Positions 8,883 through 18,425 of a DNA stretch of 64,000 nucleotides are shown here, piece after piece. Positions within the stretch are counted from its first letter, which is position 1, and every line of letters starts with the position of its first letter. The notes below the pieces were generated by a model. It made no database searches. It was not told where the DNA came from and saw only the letters and a list, made by a program, of their open reading frames with translations. Position numbers and translations under genes: made by a program. The DNA comes from a virus (taxonomy: Duplodnaviria; Heunggongvirae; Uroviricota; Caudoviricetes; Ackermannviridae), in IMG/VR virus record IMGVR_UViG_2974596396_000001, positions 88,254 through 152,253 of that record; one strand, given 5' to 3'.

Positions 8883-9503
8883 TCAATGTCTAGCGGGGAG
8901 AACTCCCACTGGTTCGATACCTTCCATCACCAGGGAGTTCACCCCAACATCACTCATTCGAATCCATACTTTACCGCCTGGTCTTATTTCATAGATGTTC
9001 ATTTCATTACCCACAGCAGATCCATTAACGAAAACACCCTGAGTGGCAATTCGGATCGGAGATTTGGTGTTATTAACTATCTGAAATGATATTGCAACGT
9101 CTCTGGTGATTTCTACGTCCCTTGCTTGAGTATTCCTTCTGAGTTTGTCAAAGAAAGAAGGGTTGAAAGTCGCTATGATGCTATTATTCTGAGAGTAATA
9201 AATACTTGCGGATAGATATGGGATCTTTCCTTCGTCACCTTTCCTCAATAGGGGAATCGTGGTTTTCCAGTATGGTCTCAGTGACTGGTTGTTATCATCA
9301 AAACAACCAACAGCTTGAAGAGTCTGGAAGTTCTGAAAATCAGATACTACTTGATTCAGAATATTTTTATTGCATTTATCAATGTCGGCTGAGATGTTAA
9401 CAGGTATGGTTCTGATTTCAGGATCCCAGAGGTCGGTTACAGAAATGACGGACGTGACAAAGATACGGCAACTTGTGAGTGCAAGCACCATTATCATCGT
9501 CAT
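8883..9503 (-). CDS. Putative lipoprotein on the opposite strand
   Basis: 232-aa minus ORF. The internal start MTMIMVLALTSC has a lipobox LTSC. The ORF-track first M is a non-ATG codon. Confidence 0.5.
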   Translation of the reverse strand: MTMIMVLALTSCRIFVTSVISVTDLWDPEIRTIPVNISADIDKCNKNILNQVVSDFQNFQTLQAVGCFDDNNQSLRPYWKTTIPLLRKGDEGKIPYLSASIYYSQNNSIIATFNPSFFDKLRRNTQARDVEITRDVAISFQIVNNTKSPIRIATQGVFVNGSAVGNEMNIYEIRPGGKVWIRMSDVGVNSLVMEGIEPVGVLPARH

Positions 9504-9566
9504 GATCCATTTTCTGAATCCGCGTATCAGGAACACTAAAACGTTCTCCACAGCAAAGGTGCTAAC

Positions 9567-10064
9567 ATGACAGGTGTACAATTCAAAAACGAAAATCCTA
9601 ATTTCGCGGCTTCCGATAAATGGCGCTTAACTATCGGAGACCTGATATTGCTTACTCGTTCAATACATGACTTCAGTATTCCTGGAGTGTATTCTGAAGG
9701 TATCGAGGGACCATCCCCTGGCGATGTGCTCAACTCCATACCTTCAGAACGTCTCACGTATGACCCCATCGTATTTACGTTCGTTATCGATGAGAGTTGG
9801 TACAACTGGGAACAGATTTACAATTGGATTGCGTCCAATGCTGGATCTGATTTAGCTGTTAGCCGTGACATCACCATCGACCTTCTTGATAACATGAATC
9901 GACCTGTTGGTCTACAATTGTTGTTGGAAGAAGCCCGTCCCACAGCTTTGGACAACGTATTGGTGGATGTGGATGCTGCGGTTCCCCAACTGGTCACGAC
10001 TGTCACGTTCAAATATTTGAAACTGACTCCGACTCGCGTCACCCGCGAAATTGATAAACAATAA
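9567..10064 (+). CDS. Hypothetical protein
   Basis: ORF with RBS. Confidence 0.5.
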   Translation: MTGVQFKNENPNFAASDKWRLTIGDLILLTRSIHDFSIPGVYSEGIEGPSPGDVLNSIPSERLTYDPIVFTFVIDESWYNWEQIYNWIASNAGSDLAVSRDITIDLLDNMNRPVGLQLLLEEARPTALDNVLVDVDAAVPQLVTTVTFKYLKLTPTRVTREIDKQ

Positions 10065-10102
10065 GTTATAATACAGAGAGTTGAAACAGCAGGGAATAAA
10101 TC

Positions 10103-10558
10103 ATGAGCGAAACAAAACTTGAAACGATGAAAACCGAAGATATAATGGCAGAATTGGAGCCTCTTATTTCGGTAAATCCTGAAGACATGAACTTAGACCA
10201 AATGTCATTGAAAATTGGTCGTTCGTGGATGACTGTGCAACGCCATTATATTCGTGAAGGAAGATATCTGGAGTATCTAACTGGCAAATTCCGCCAAATA
10301 GATCTCTATTTACGCCGATTTTATGCAGGGGAATTGCCGCCCAACGTTTATGTTGAACGCCCATTAAAAGTTCGACCCCTGAAATCTGATATAGACGTAT
10401 GGGTAAAAGCAGATGATGATTATATCGAATTGTCTAGCATGCTTCAAGAGCAGAAAGCCAAAGTCAAGTTTATCGAAAGTTGCTTAGATCGTTTGAACAA
10501 ACTCGGATATGAAGTGAAGAATGCTATTGATTGGCGAAAATATTTGGATGGGATGTAA
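10103..10558 (+). CDS. Hypothetical protein
   Basis: ORF with RBS. Confidence 0.5.
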   Translation: MSETKLETMKTEDIMAELEPLISVNPEDMNLDQMSLKIGRSWMTVQRHYIREGRYLEYLTGKFRQIDLYLRRFYAGELPPNVYVERPLKVRPLKSDIDVWVKADDDYIELSSMLQEQKAKVKFIESCLDRLNKLGYEVKNAIDWRKYLDGM

Positions 10559-11304
10559 TGGTTTCTCTACAGGCTTTGCGCAAACTTAATGACTTTGAAA
10601 ATCGTCATCATACATTTCAGCAATATTCCTTGCCGTTTAAGGAACTGACTTGCGTAACTACCGAAAATGGTCGTCACTATGTTTCCCCCACTGGAGTCAA
10701 ACTAACTTCAGTGACGACCATGTTAGGGCGTACTGGTGACCACACATGGTTAGAAGCCTGGCGGGACAAGTTGGGGCATGAAGCTGCTGATATAGAAACA
10801 CATCGTTGCGCAGACCGTGGGGAAAAACTCCATTTGGCTTGTGAGTTGTATCTCAAAAACAGACCAATGAAGGAAGTTCTGGAAGCTGCAGGGGAATACG
10901 TGTTTATGTTCAAACAGGTTTTCCCCTACCTTAACAAAATGAGCAAGATATATGCACAAGAGATTCCATTATATAGCGAAGTCCTGGGTCTTGCTGGTCG
11001 TGTTGACCTCATCGGGGTTTACGAAGGAATTCCAAGCATAATCGATTTCAAAACATCTAACACCCTAAAAACTCGAAGCATGATAGAAGATTATAGTATA
11101 CAATTGTGTCTATACTCAGTCATGTTTCAACAAATGTTTAATGTCAAGATAGAGCGTTTAATCAATATTATATCCAACGAAAATGCCCTTGTTCCCACCA
11201 TAATCGAATTCAATCGCAAAGACGTTATTTCTAAAATGTTTGACCGTGTCCGTCTGTATCACAAAATGGACAAAGAACAGAACGGAATCTGGGCGGATCG
11301 CTAA
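10558..11304 (+). CDS. PD-(D/E)XK (Cas4/RecB-like) nuclease
   Basis: GRVDLIGVY-IIDFKTS matches motifs II and III (D-x-K-T) of RecB-family nucleases. TAATG start overlap. Confidence 0.55.
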   Translation: MVSLQALRKLNDFENRHHTFQQYSLPFKELTCVTTENGRHYVSPTGVKLTSVTTMLGRTGDHTWLEAWRDKLGHEAADIETHRCADRGEKLHLACELYLKNRPMKEVLEAAGEYVFMFKQVFPYLNKMSKIYAQEIPLYSEVLGLAGRVDLIGVYEGIPSIIDFKTSNTLKTRSMIEDYSIQLCLYSVMFQQMFNVKIERLINIISNENALVPTIIEFNRKDVISKMFDRVRLYHKMDKEQNGIWADR

Positions 11305-11332
11305 ATACTCCATAATATTGGGGGAATTGGTG

Positions 11333-12838
11333 ATGTCAGAAATTCAAATAATCAAAGTTAATGAAGTCCGCATGCGTATCTTGGCAGAGGACTACATCCG
11401 CGAAGAACTCAACGATTACTTCAAATTTGAAGATCCCAATTTCCAACCAAATCCGTTCAGTAAATGGGATGGCGTGGTACGCCTATTCACAAAGAGTTCT
11501 GGTCTTATAGACATCGGCCTATTGTTTGAGGTGTTTAAATTCTGTAAGATGAATGGATACACCATTAAATTAGATCCCGCCTTAAAATATATCCAAGATA
11601 TACCAGACGAAGAGATACACACATTTATCAATTCTTTGAATGCTGTGTATCGTGATGAAAACAAGCAATACCAAATCGCAACAGTGCGTGACTATCAATT
11701 CGACTCAGTGGCCACAGCAATACGCCAGTCCAGATGCGTGCTGGAAGCGGCTACGAGCGCGGGTAAATCGTTTATTTTGTACATCATGGCGCGTTACTAC
11801 AGGCAACGCAGAGAGGCTCTGGAAAGCAATCTCAAGACGTTGATCGTTGTACCATCTATTCACTTGGTGACTCAGTTATATGACAACTTTGAGGAATACA
11901 GTCACGGCACAAATTGGAATACCATGATGAATGTCCAGATGATATGTGAAGGCGCGACAAAGGACATATTCAAGCCCATAGTCATTTCTACATGGCAGGG
12001 TATTCAGAATCAACCCAAAGAGTGGTTCCATCAGTTCGGGGATATTGTTGTTGACGAAGTACACACTTCTAAATCAGACAAGTTGTCTTACATCTTGAAT
12101 AACTGCGTTAATGCTGACCAAAGATTGGGAGTAACCGGAACCCTCGCAAATACAAAGGTTGCGGGATTGCAGGTCGTTGCCCACTTTGGCGCATACCATA
12201 AAATTATTACAGCGCGTGATTTGATAAATCTTGGTTATGCCACAGATATCCATGTTAACATGATTGAAGTTATACATCCAATGGCAGATTGTATAGAAAT
12301 GCACGGAGCCGAGTATCAAAAGGAAATAGAATTCCTCATAGCGAATGAACGTCGAAACGAATTGATAGCCAGAATGGCGTTGTCTTTGAAAGGCAACGTG
12401 GCTGTTATGTTCGAACGTATTGACGCTCATATGATGATCGTTTATGAAATGCTTTCTGCTGTCAAGAAAAACGTATTTGTCATCAATGGTGAAGTCAAAA
12501 CAGAAGTTCGTAAACAAATTCAGGCGGCGATGGAAGAAGGCGAAGACATAACACTGTTGGCGTCATATGGAACCATGCAGCAAGGCGTGTCAATCAAAAA
12601 ACTTCATCATCTGATATTAGCACACCCAAGTAAATCCTATATCCGTGTCATACAGACTTTAGGGCGTCTCATGCGTCAGCACTCTTCAAAGGATGTTGCC
12701 AAGATCTGGGATTTAGTCGACAACTTGCGTTACAATGGATTTTCGTACAACCATGCCCTTAGACATTCACATGAGAGATATAAATTTTATCTTATGGAGC
12801 GACACCCTGTACAAATGAAGAAAGTATCGCTCCAATAA
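11333..12838 (+). CDS. uvsW: UvsW DNA helicase (SF2, DExH)
   Basis: Collinear with T4 UvsW. Walker A GKS, a DEVH box, and the HHLILAHPSKS-IQTLGRLMR C-terminal motifs. Confidence 0.9.
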   Translation: MSEIQIIKVNEVRMRILAEDYIREELNDYFKFEDPNFQPNPFSKWDGVVRLFTKSSGLIDIGLLFEVFKFCKMNGYTIKLDPALKYIQDIPDEEIHTFINSLNAVYRDENKQYQIATVRDYQFDSVATAIRQSRCVLEAATSAGKSFILYIMARYYRQRREALESNLKTLIVVPSIHLVTQLYDNFEEYSHGTNWNTMMNVQMICEGATKDIFKPIVISTWQGIQNQPKEWFHQFGDIVVDEVHTSKSDKLSYILNNCVNADQRLGVTGTLANTKVAGLQVVAHFGAYHKIITARDLINLGYATDIHVNMIEVIHPMADCIEMHGAEYQKEIEFLIANERRNELIARMALSLKGNVAVMFERIDAHMMIVYEMLSAVKKNVFVINGEVKTEVRKQIQAAMEEGEDITLLASYGTMQQGVSIKKLHHLILAHPSKSYIRVIQTLGRLMRQHSSKDVAKIWDLVDNLRYNGFSYNHALRHSHERYKFYLMERHPVQMKKVSLQ

Positions 12839-12840
12839 AT

Positions 12841-13215
12841 TTATCTGTCTTGATTCACATAGGCGGGGGTTGCCTCGCCTTCATCACCCGCTGCACCGAA
12901 CAACTTGTCCAGGGAAGCCAAGCATTGAGAATTCAGGTGCTCGCCAATCGTGTCTTTCAACATCTGCTCACTGCCGAGTTGGAATGGTAACACTTTCGCT
13001 TCGATGCCGTTGTCATACGAAACCACACCGACATACAGACCAACTTTCAGGCCTGTCATCAACCCCAGCGGGATGAAGCGCGGCTCTACTGGGAAGTTTT
13101 TGTCAGCAGCCAGTTGAGAAAGAAAGACTGGTGTGCCTGTAACGAATTGCCCTGCGGTGAGGATGGCATCCGGCTTACTGCATCCCACTGCGTATAATCC
13201 TACGAACTGTTTCAT
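12841..13215 (-). CDS. Small reverse-strand protein, possible lipoprotein
   Basis: 124-aa minus ORF with the N-terminus MKQFVGLYAVGC (lipobox-like AVGC). Convergent with uvsW at 2-nt spacing. Confidence 0.4.
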   Translation of the reverse strand: MKQFVGLYAVGCSKPDAILTAGQFVTGTPVFLSQLAADKNFPVEPRFIPLGLMTGLKVGLYVGVVSYDNGIEAKVLPFQLGSEQMLKDTIGEHLNSQCLASLDKLFGAAGDEGEATPAYVNQDR

Positions 13216-13553
13216 ATATTACTCTCGTGTGTTGGTTAACATGACTACATATTATTTCGCGCCCATGTTTAGACCAAATTAAATTAATTTTGCTGTTGAA
13301 TAAAAACTGCTTTCCTGTTGAACAAATGGCGTGGTATTATACGAGTTGTGAGCTTTGCGAGCAACGAGTATTATCACGAGCGAAGCGAGTAGACTAATAA
13401 AGAAAGGTTTTATTAAAACAGAATACTATAAATGCCGTCAGGCATTTATTTACCGCGCGTAGGGCATTAACACTTGTTCTATAACTACAAACACGCGATA
13501 CTAATTTGCGTCAAACATGACTTGAACCCCACTATATTTTGAGGATATAAACA

Positions 13554-14222
13554 ATGCAAGAGATCACTCTCTCCGAACGCACTTTACAACTGCTGGCTAA
13601 CTTTGAAACCATTTGCCCTTCTATCGTTCTGGCACCTGGTAAAAAGCTGCGCACGGTTAACGATTCCAGCACCGTCATCGCTATTGCCGATATTGACGAA
13701 GACTTCCCGTTTGAATTTCCTATTCTGGATCTGACCAAACTTCTGGCCATTCAGCGTCTGCCTAGTTTCAAAGGCGGTAAAATCGAAATGTCGGAAGACC
13801 ACATTTTACTGAAAGGTGAAAACTCTCAGCTGCAATTCTGGCGCTCAGCAAAAGAATTGACTGTCGTTCCTGCCGACAGCATTGATCTCCCGTCCGTTGA
13901 ATTCGAAGCGACGGTCACTCCTGAAAAAATGAAAGAGCTGACTCGCGCCTGTTCCACCCTGGGCCACAAAACTGTTCGTCTGGTCGCCAGCGGCGGTAAA
14001 ACTCGTCTGGTTGGTACGACTACGACTATCGATAATTCCAACGATTACACCGTTGAATTGGGTGAAACTGCTCTGGCTGATTTCGCTATGCCTGTCGACG
14101 TTGTTAACCTGAAAATGATCGAAGGCAACTATGTGATCCGCGCCTGTGCTGAAATGCAGCTTGTCAACTTCCAGTCGGCCGATGGCACCATCAACTACTA
14201 CGTTGGTATGCAGCTGGATTAA
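13554..14222 (+). CDS. 45: Sliding clamp gp45
   Basis: Length and N-terminal pattern match T4 gp45 (L-NF-I). Followed by gp44 and gp62. Confidence 0.85.
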   Translation: MQEITLSERTLQLLANFETICPSIVLAPGKKLRTVNDSSTVIAIADIDEDFPFEFPILDLTKLLAIQRLPSFKGGKIEMSEDHILLKGENSQLQFWRSAKELTVVPADSIDLPSVEFEATVTPEKMKELTRACSTLGHKTVRLVASGGKTRLVGTTTTIDNSNDYTVELGETALADFAMPVDVVNLKMIEGNYVIRACAEMQLVNFQSADGTINYYVGMQLD

Positions 14223-14253
14223 TCAATAACGCTTCGGCGCTTTATTATCGGCG

Positions 14254-14278
14254 GCGGGGTTATTATCCCGCCCTTTGA
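14254..14278 (+). terminator. Hairpin after gp45
   Basis: GGCGGG-N8-CCCGCC stem followed by CTTT. Confidence 0.4.
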
Positions 14279-14302
14279 AATGGTTTATCTAAAGAGGCTG
14301 CA

Positions 14303-15292
14303 ATGTCCAACATCACTATCGTTACAGACCAATACGCGTGGGAAAACAAATATCGTCCTGATAATTTAGACGAGATCGTTCTCCCCTCAGACGTCCGTGC
14401 CAAGATCCATGGTTATGTTACCTCTGGTAACGGAAACATCCCCTCTATGCTGTTCTACTCCCCTCAGCCTGGTACGGGTAAAACTACTTCTGCTCTGGCA
14501 GTGTGCAACGAAATCGGTTGTGTGAAACCTCTGATGATCAACGCATCGCTTGACAACAGCATTGATGTGATTCGCGATCGTGTTATTCAATATGCTACTG
14601 GCGTCAGCGTTTTCGGTGGCCGGAAAGTCGTCATCCTGGACGAAGTTGAGCGTCTTTCTATGGCAGCGCAGGAATCGTTGAAAGGTATCGTGGAAAAGGT
14701 ATCCAAGAACTGTTCGTTTATCTTGACCACCAATGCAAAACAGCGTGTCAATGAGCCTCTGCGTTCTCGTTGTCGTGAAATTGATTTTATCTGGTCTGAA
14801 AAAGAAGCCGACGAAGTTAAACTTCAATTCATGCGTCGTTGCGCCACTATCCTGACGGAAGAAGGTATCCCATACGAAGCTGGTGTTATTGCATCGATTG
14901 TCAAATCTTATTTCCCTGACAACCGCAAGATTATGGGAACCCTTCAGGATAATGCCACCACGTTTGGTAAAATCGATGAACGTGCTTTGGCTCAGGTGAA
15001 AGCAGGTGAATTCCAGGCGCTGGTCGATTTCTTAAAGGCCAATGATTGGGCTGGCATGAAGCAATGGGTGACTGACAACCAAAACTATATTACAGAGGAC
15101 TTCTACTCTCGTTTCTTCCATTTCTGTGTCCCACAGAACAAAGAGAAGACTCCTTTGATTCAGAACGAATCTATCCCAGATTTGGTCTGCGTTTGTGGTC
15201 AGTCACAGATTGAACATCGTTCAGTTGGAGACGTCTGGTTACACGGCGTTTACTTCCTGACCAACGTCATGCTCAACATCAAGTGGAAGTGA
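14303..15292 (+). CDS. 44: Clamp loader large subunit gp44 (AAA+)
   Basis: The Walker A SPQPGTGKTT is nearly identical to the T4 gp44 Walker A SPSPGTGKTT. DExx box ILDEVE. Confidence 0.9.
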   Translation: MSNITIVTDQYAWENKYRPDNLDEIVLPSDVRAKIHGYVTSGNGNIPSMLFYSPQPGTGKTTSALAVCNEIGCVKPLMINASLDNSIDVIRDRVIQYATGVSVFGGRKVVILDEVERLSMAAQESLKGIVEKVSKNCSFILTTNAKQRVNEPLRSRCREIDFIWSEKEADEVKLQFMRRCATILTEEGIPYEAGVIASIVKSYFPDNRKIMGTLQDNATTFGKIDERALAQVKAGEFQALVDFLKANDWAGMKQWVTDNQNYITEDFYSRFFHFCVPQNKEKTPLIQNESIPDLVCVCGQSQIEHRSVGDVWLHGVYFLTNVMLNIKWK

Positions 15293-15296
15293 TATT

Positions 15297-15719
15297 ATGG
15301 CCGCTCCGTCACTGTTCGATTACCTGGGTGCTCTGAACAGCACCAAAGAGAATCTGTTGTTGACCGAAGACCCCGAAATCAGAAAGGCATTTGATCCTTT
15401 CATGACTCGGCGCGGCCTTGCCCAGAGTAAAGACACGTTGGTGGTTGCAGAACGAATGAACCACTTTCATGCCATTACTCCTTGGATGCAATGGAACCTT
15501 GCGTTTCATAGCATTCCGGCGAAACGCCGTTATGATAAATGGTCTAAGAAAGGAGCCATGGACCCTGATGTAAAATTGATTTCCGAGTATTACTACATCA
15601 GTCCTGAAAAGGCTTCTGAATATGTTCGATTCCTGCCGAAAGAAGTCCTGGCTGAAATCAAGGCGAAGGTCGAACGTTCTAACAGCAACGAAAAAGCTAA
15701 ACCGCGCAAGGCTAAGTAA
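15297..15719 (+). CDS. 62: Clamp loader small subunit gp62
   Basis: SIPAKRRYDKWSK matches the T4 gp62 block AVPRGKRYGKWAK. Immediately follows gp44. Confidence 0.7.
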   Translation: MAAPSLFDYLGALNSTKENLLLTEDPEIRKAFDPFMTRRGLAQSKDTLVVAERMNHFHAITPWMQWNLAFHSIPAKRRYDKWSKKGAMDPDVKLISEYYYISPEKASEYVRFLPKEVLAEIKAKVERSNSNEKAKPRKAK

Positions 15720-15748
15720 TTCAAATAATTGTTAAAGGGGTATGAGTC

Positions 15749-16213
15749 ATGGCGCGTAATACGCTGGACATCTTAAAACTTTCAGCTGTCAACGATGAGG
15801 CCAGCATTGTTGACTGTATGGTTGAAGTTCAATTGAACCAAGACAAACCAGGGATTTTCCTGGGTATCAAGGAAACGCTGAGTCGGATAGGGGTTAACAC
15901 TCGTCAAGAGCCTAACACCTTGTATCAAACGTGCCATATCTTGCATAAATTTGGCAGATATCACATCGTGCATTTCAAGCATTTGTTCATGCTAGATGGG
16001 CACTACAACGGCTTTACGCGTGAAGATGTCCTGCGTATGAATCGGATTATACGGCTTCTGGAGCAATGGAATATGGTTAAGATCTTGCATCCGGAACAAA
16101 TAACCGAAGTGGCTGACATGTCTCGGATCAAAGTTGTAAAACATGACCAAGTTTCTGAGTGGAAATTGGTTCCAAAATACACTATTCGCCCAAGTCGGGC
16201 AAAAAGCGAATAA
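15749..16213 (+). CDS. regA: RegA translational repressor
   Basis: TLSRIGV-LYQTCHILHKFGRYHIVHFK and the C-terminal EWKLVPKYTI match T4 RegA. Confidence 0.85.
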   Translation: MARNTLDILKLSAVNDEASIVDCMVEVQLNQDKPGIFLGIKETLSRIGVNTRQEPNTLYQTCHILHKFGRYHIVHFKHLFMLDGHYNGFTREDVLRMNRIIRLLEQWNMVKILHPEQITEVADMSRIKVVKHDQVSEWKLVPKYTIRPSRAKSE

Positions 16214-16229
16214 CTGGAGTCGCTATATT

Positions 16230-17099
16230 ATGACAACTACATTTAATAAAAACGTGAGATTGAATTTGGCTTTTGGTAATGCGGCTGGAGATATTACAGC
16301 CCCTGACTTCGGTAAAATTCGCAATCAGGCCAAACTGGTTCTGGAAGAGACCCGCGAATTACTGGAAGCGGCTTATTTCGACCACGAGGTGAAAATTGAG
16401 TTCACTGCATCTCCGCGAGTCCTGAAAGAACCTGCTGTTGTCGACATCAAAGACATTATGCGCCAGATTCTGGACGCTCAGGGCGACATCACAACAGTCA
16501 ATGACGGCGTGGCACACATTGCTGGTTTCAACGGCGATGAGTGCTTGCAGCGTGTTTATGCCTCCAACATGAGCAAATTTATTCGCTCAGAAGATGAAGT
16601 CGGTCCGGCACTGGAATATTATTATTCACGCGGTTTCCCAGATGGCCAGTTACGCGTTGAAGGTGAATTCCCTCAGGCATGCATCAAAGTGAATGAGACT
16701 GTGATGTGGAATGGCAAAGAATATCCGAAAGGAAAATTCCTGAAAAACATGGCTGTGTTCAAAGAGCCTGATTTCTCTGATATGCTGACGAATACCCCTT
16801 CCCGTCAGATCAATGACATCGTTGCCAGCATGGCAATTGAAGAAGGTCAGGTATTTGTTGATGATATGAACGGCGTGGCGTTGGTATCTCCAAAAACGTT
16901 GGAAGTAATTCTTTCTATGGCAGTTGAAAAATCTTCTCGACCCGTAGATGTTAACGGCCAAATTGAAAGTTATGTGCCAGCGTATATCATTAACGATACC
17001 AATATGCCTAAGCTGTGTGGGGTGTGGGGTGCTAATGTTCGTGTATACGCGTGCGCACCTGTTCAAAACACTGTGACACACCTCTCTCGCTTCGATTAA
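16230..17099 (+). CDS. Hypothetical protein; possible all-alpha (MazG-like) NTP pyrophosphohydrolase
   Basis: EETRELLEA-EVK resembles the EExxE-E-D metal-binding motifs of MazG and T4 gp56. Weak call. Confidence 0.35.
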   Translation: MTTTFNKNVRLNLAFGNAAGDITAPDFGKIRNQAKLVLEETRELLEAAYFDHEVKIEFTASPRVLKEPAVVDIKDIMRQILDAQGDITTVNDGVAHIAGFNGDECLQRVYASNMSKFIRSEDEVGPALEYYYSRGFPDGQLRVEGEFPQACIKVNETVMWNGKEYPKGKFLKNMAVFKEPDFSDMLTNTPSRQINDIVASMAIEEGQVFVDDMNGVALVSPKTLEVILSMAVEKSSRPVDVNGQIESYVPAYIINDTNMPKLCGVWGANVRVYACAPVQNTVTHLSRFD

Positions 17100-17123
17100 T
17101 ATAATCCGTTATTCACTAAACAA

Positions 17124-17150
17124 CAGAGGCTATAATGGCCTCTGTTTTTG
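17124..17150 (+). terminator. Rho-independent terminator
   Basis: CAGAGGC-TATAATG-GCCTCTG followed by TTTTT. Confidence 0.75.
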
Positions 17151-17168
17151 TATTCTAGAGAGGATACC

Positions 17169-18365
17169 ATGAAAGATAAACCATATGACATCCCATATTG
17201 CGGTGTCCGTGAAGATAAAATCAAATCAGCCAAACCTGTGCTTAGTCCGACCCATACCCGCCTGTCTTACGAATGGATGAGCGAGCGCTATAAGATCCAC
17301 GTTCGAAAGGACGTCCAGCGTCTTCCTGCTCCTTGGACCAATAATCCTATACTACGGCAGGTCAAGTTCTGTAACGTCCGGAGAGAGCACGACAGGCAGT
17401 CTCTTAACCTGATCAACAACATCATCAACAACGATGCTCTGGGTATGGCAGACAAGATGTTTAACTGCGTGCTGTTCCGCATGTTCAACCTCTGGGATCC
17501 AATTCAGGCTATCGGCGGCGCGATGACGATCAAAGACTTCGCCAAGATCAACCTTGACGCAACCCGCGAACGACTTCAGAAGTTCGAGGCCGACGGCGGT
17601 AAGGTATTCACTAATGCCTTCAACACGGGCGGCCTGAAGCAATGCCTGGCTTTCCCTGAGCTGGTTGTCAACCACAAGGAGCAACGCTTCGGTGGGATGA
17701 TGGTGAATCTGATCTACAAAGATGGTTCAACCCAGAATATGGATTATAAGGAAGCCAAGGCAATTGCTGAAGCAGAGCCGGACTTCTACACCATTGAGGG
17801 TTGGGAGCCGTACATGCCGATGCGCGTCATCCGTTCTCTGAGGGCATTCGTCAACAAGCACCCTGATTACTTCGAGCGGCTGCTGGAATGCGAATCTCCG
17901 GATGAAGTCTACCAGGCCATGTACGACGAAATCGAAGGCTTGGGTCCATTCCTGGCCTATCAGATCTGGGTGGACTTTACGTACATTCCTGAGTATCCGT
18001 TCAGTGAGAACCATTTCACCATCGCTGGACCGGGTTGCCGCGCTGGGATCGACCTGTTGTTCCTGAACAAGGACGGCATGACGCATGAAGAATGTATCTT
18101 CTGGTTGCGAGATAATCAGGACGCGGTGTACTCCCAATATGGATATGTTCGCGAGCAATTCTGGTCAGCCGAAGAGCCTTGGGATCAGTGTATGAATGTT
18201 CAACAATTAGAAAACCACTTTTGTGAATTGTCGAAATATACCCGTTGTGTAGAGGCTTTACAGCAAGGTAAAAAACCACGCGGGAAGGTTGGATACGATG
18301 GGGAAGGACAACCTAAAGCGACGACATCTGGTTCTAAAAACCTACTAAATTTATTTAAAAAGTAA
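17169..18365 (+). CDS. Hypothetical 398-aa protein, possibly a nucleotide- or DNA-modifying enzyme
   Basis: ATG with GAGAGGA RBS. No P-loop. Placed next to the replication genes. The function is unknown from sequence alone. Confidence 0.5.
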   Translation: MKDKPYDIPYCGVREDKIKSAKPVLSPTHTRLSYEWMSERYKIHVRKDVQRLPAPWTNNPILRQVKFCNVRREHDRQSLNLINNIINNDALGMADKMFNCVLFRMFNLWDPIQAIGGAMTIKDFAKINLDATRERLQKFEADGGKVFTNAFNTGGLKQCLAFPELVVNHKEQRFGGMMVNLIYKDGSTQNMDYKEAKAIAEAEPDFYTIEGWEPYMPMRVIRSLRAFVNKHPDYFERLLECESPDEVYQAMYDEIEGLGPFLAYQIWVDFTYIPEYPFSENHFTIAGPGCRAGIDLLFLNKDGMTHEECIFWLRDNQDAVYSQYGYVREQFWSAEEPWDQCMNVQQLENHFCELSKYTRCVEALQQGKKPRGKVGYDGEGQPKATTSGSKNLLNLFKK

Positions 18366-18425
18366 CTTACTTTGTGAGTTAATAAAATATATTATAACAG
18401 GAACTTTCATTTTGGGGTTCCTGTT

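Noticed and set aside
8905-8940. tRNA-like GGTTCGATACC T-loop-like sequence
   Set aside because: No acceptor or anticodon arms can be built, and it lies inside the minus-strand lipoprotein ORF.
13541-13548. TATAAACA late-promoter-like box immediately before gene 45
   Set aside because: It ends only 5 nt before the ATG. That is too close to serve as the promoter of this gene. It is probably part of the RBS region.
14387-14827. 146-aa minus-strand ORF within gene 44
   Set aside because: Antisense to a conserved AAA+ clamp-loader gene, so it is a shadow ORF.
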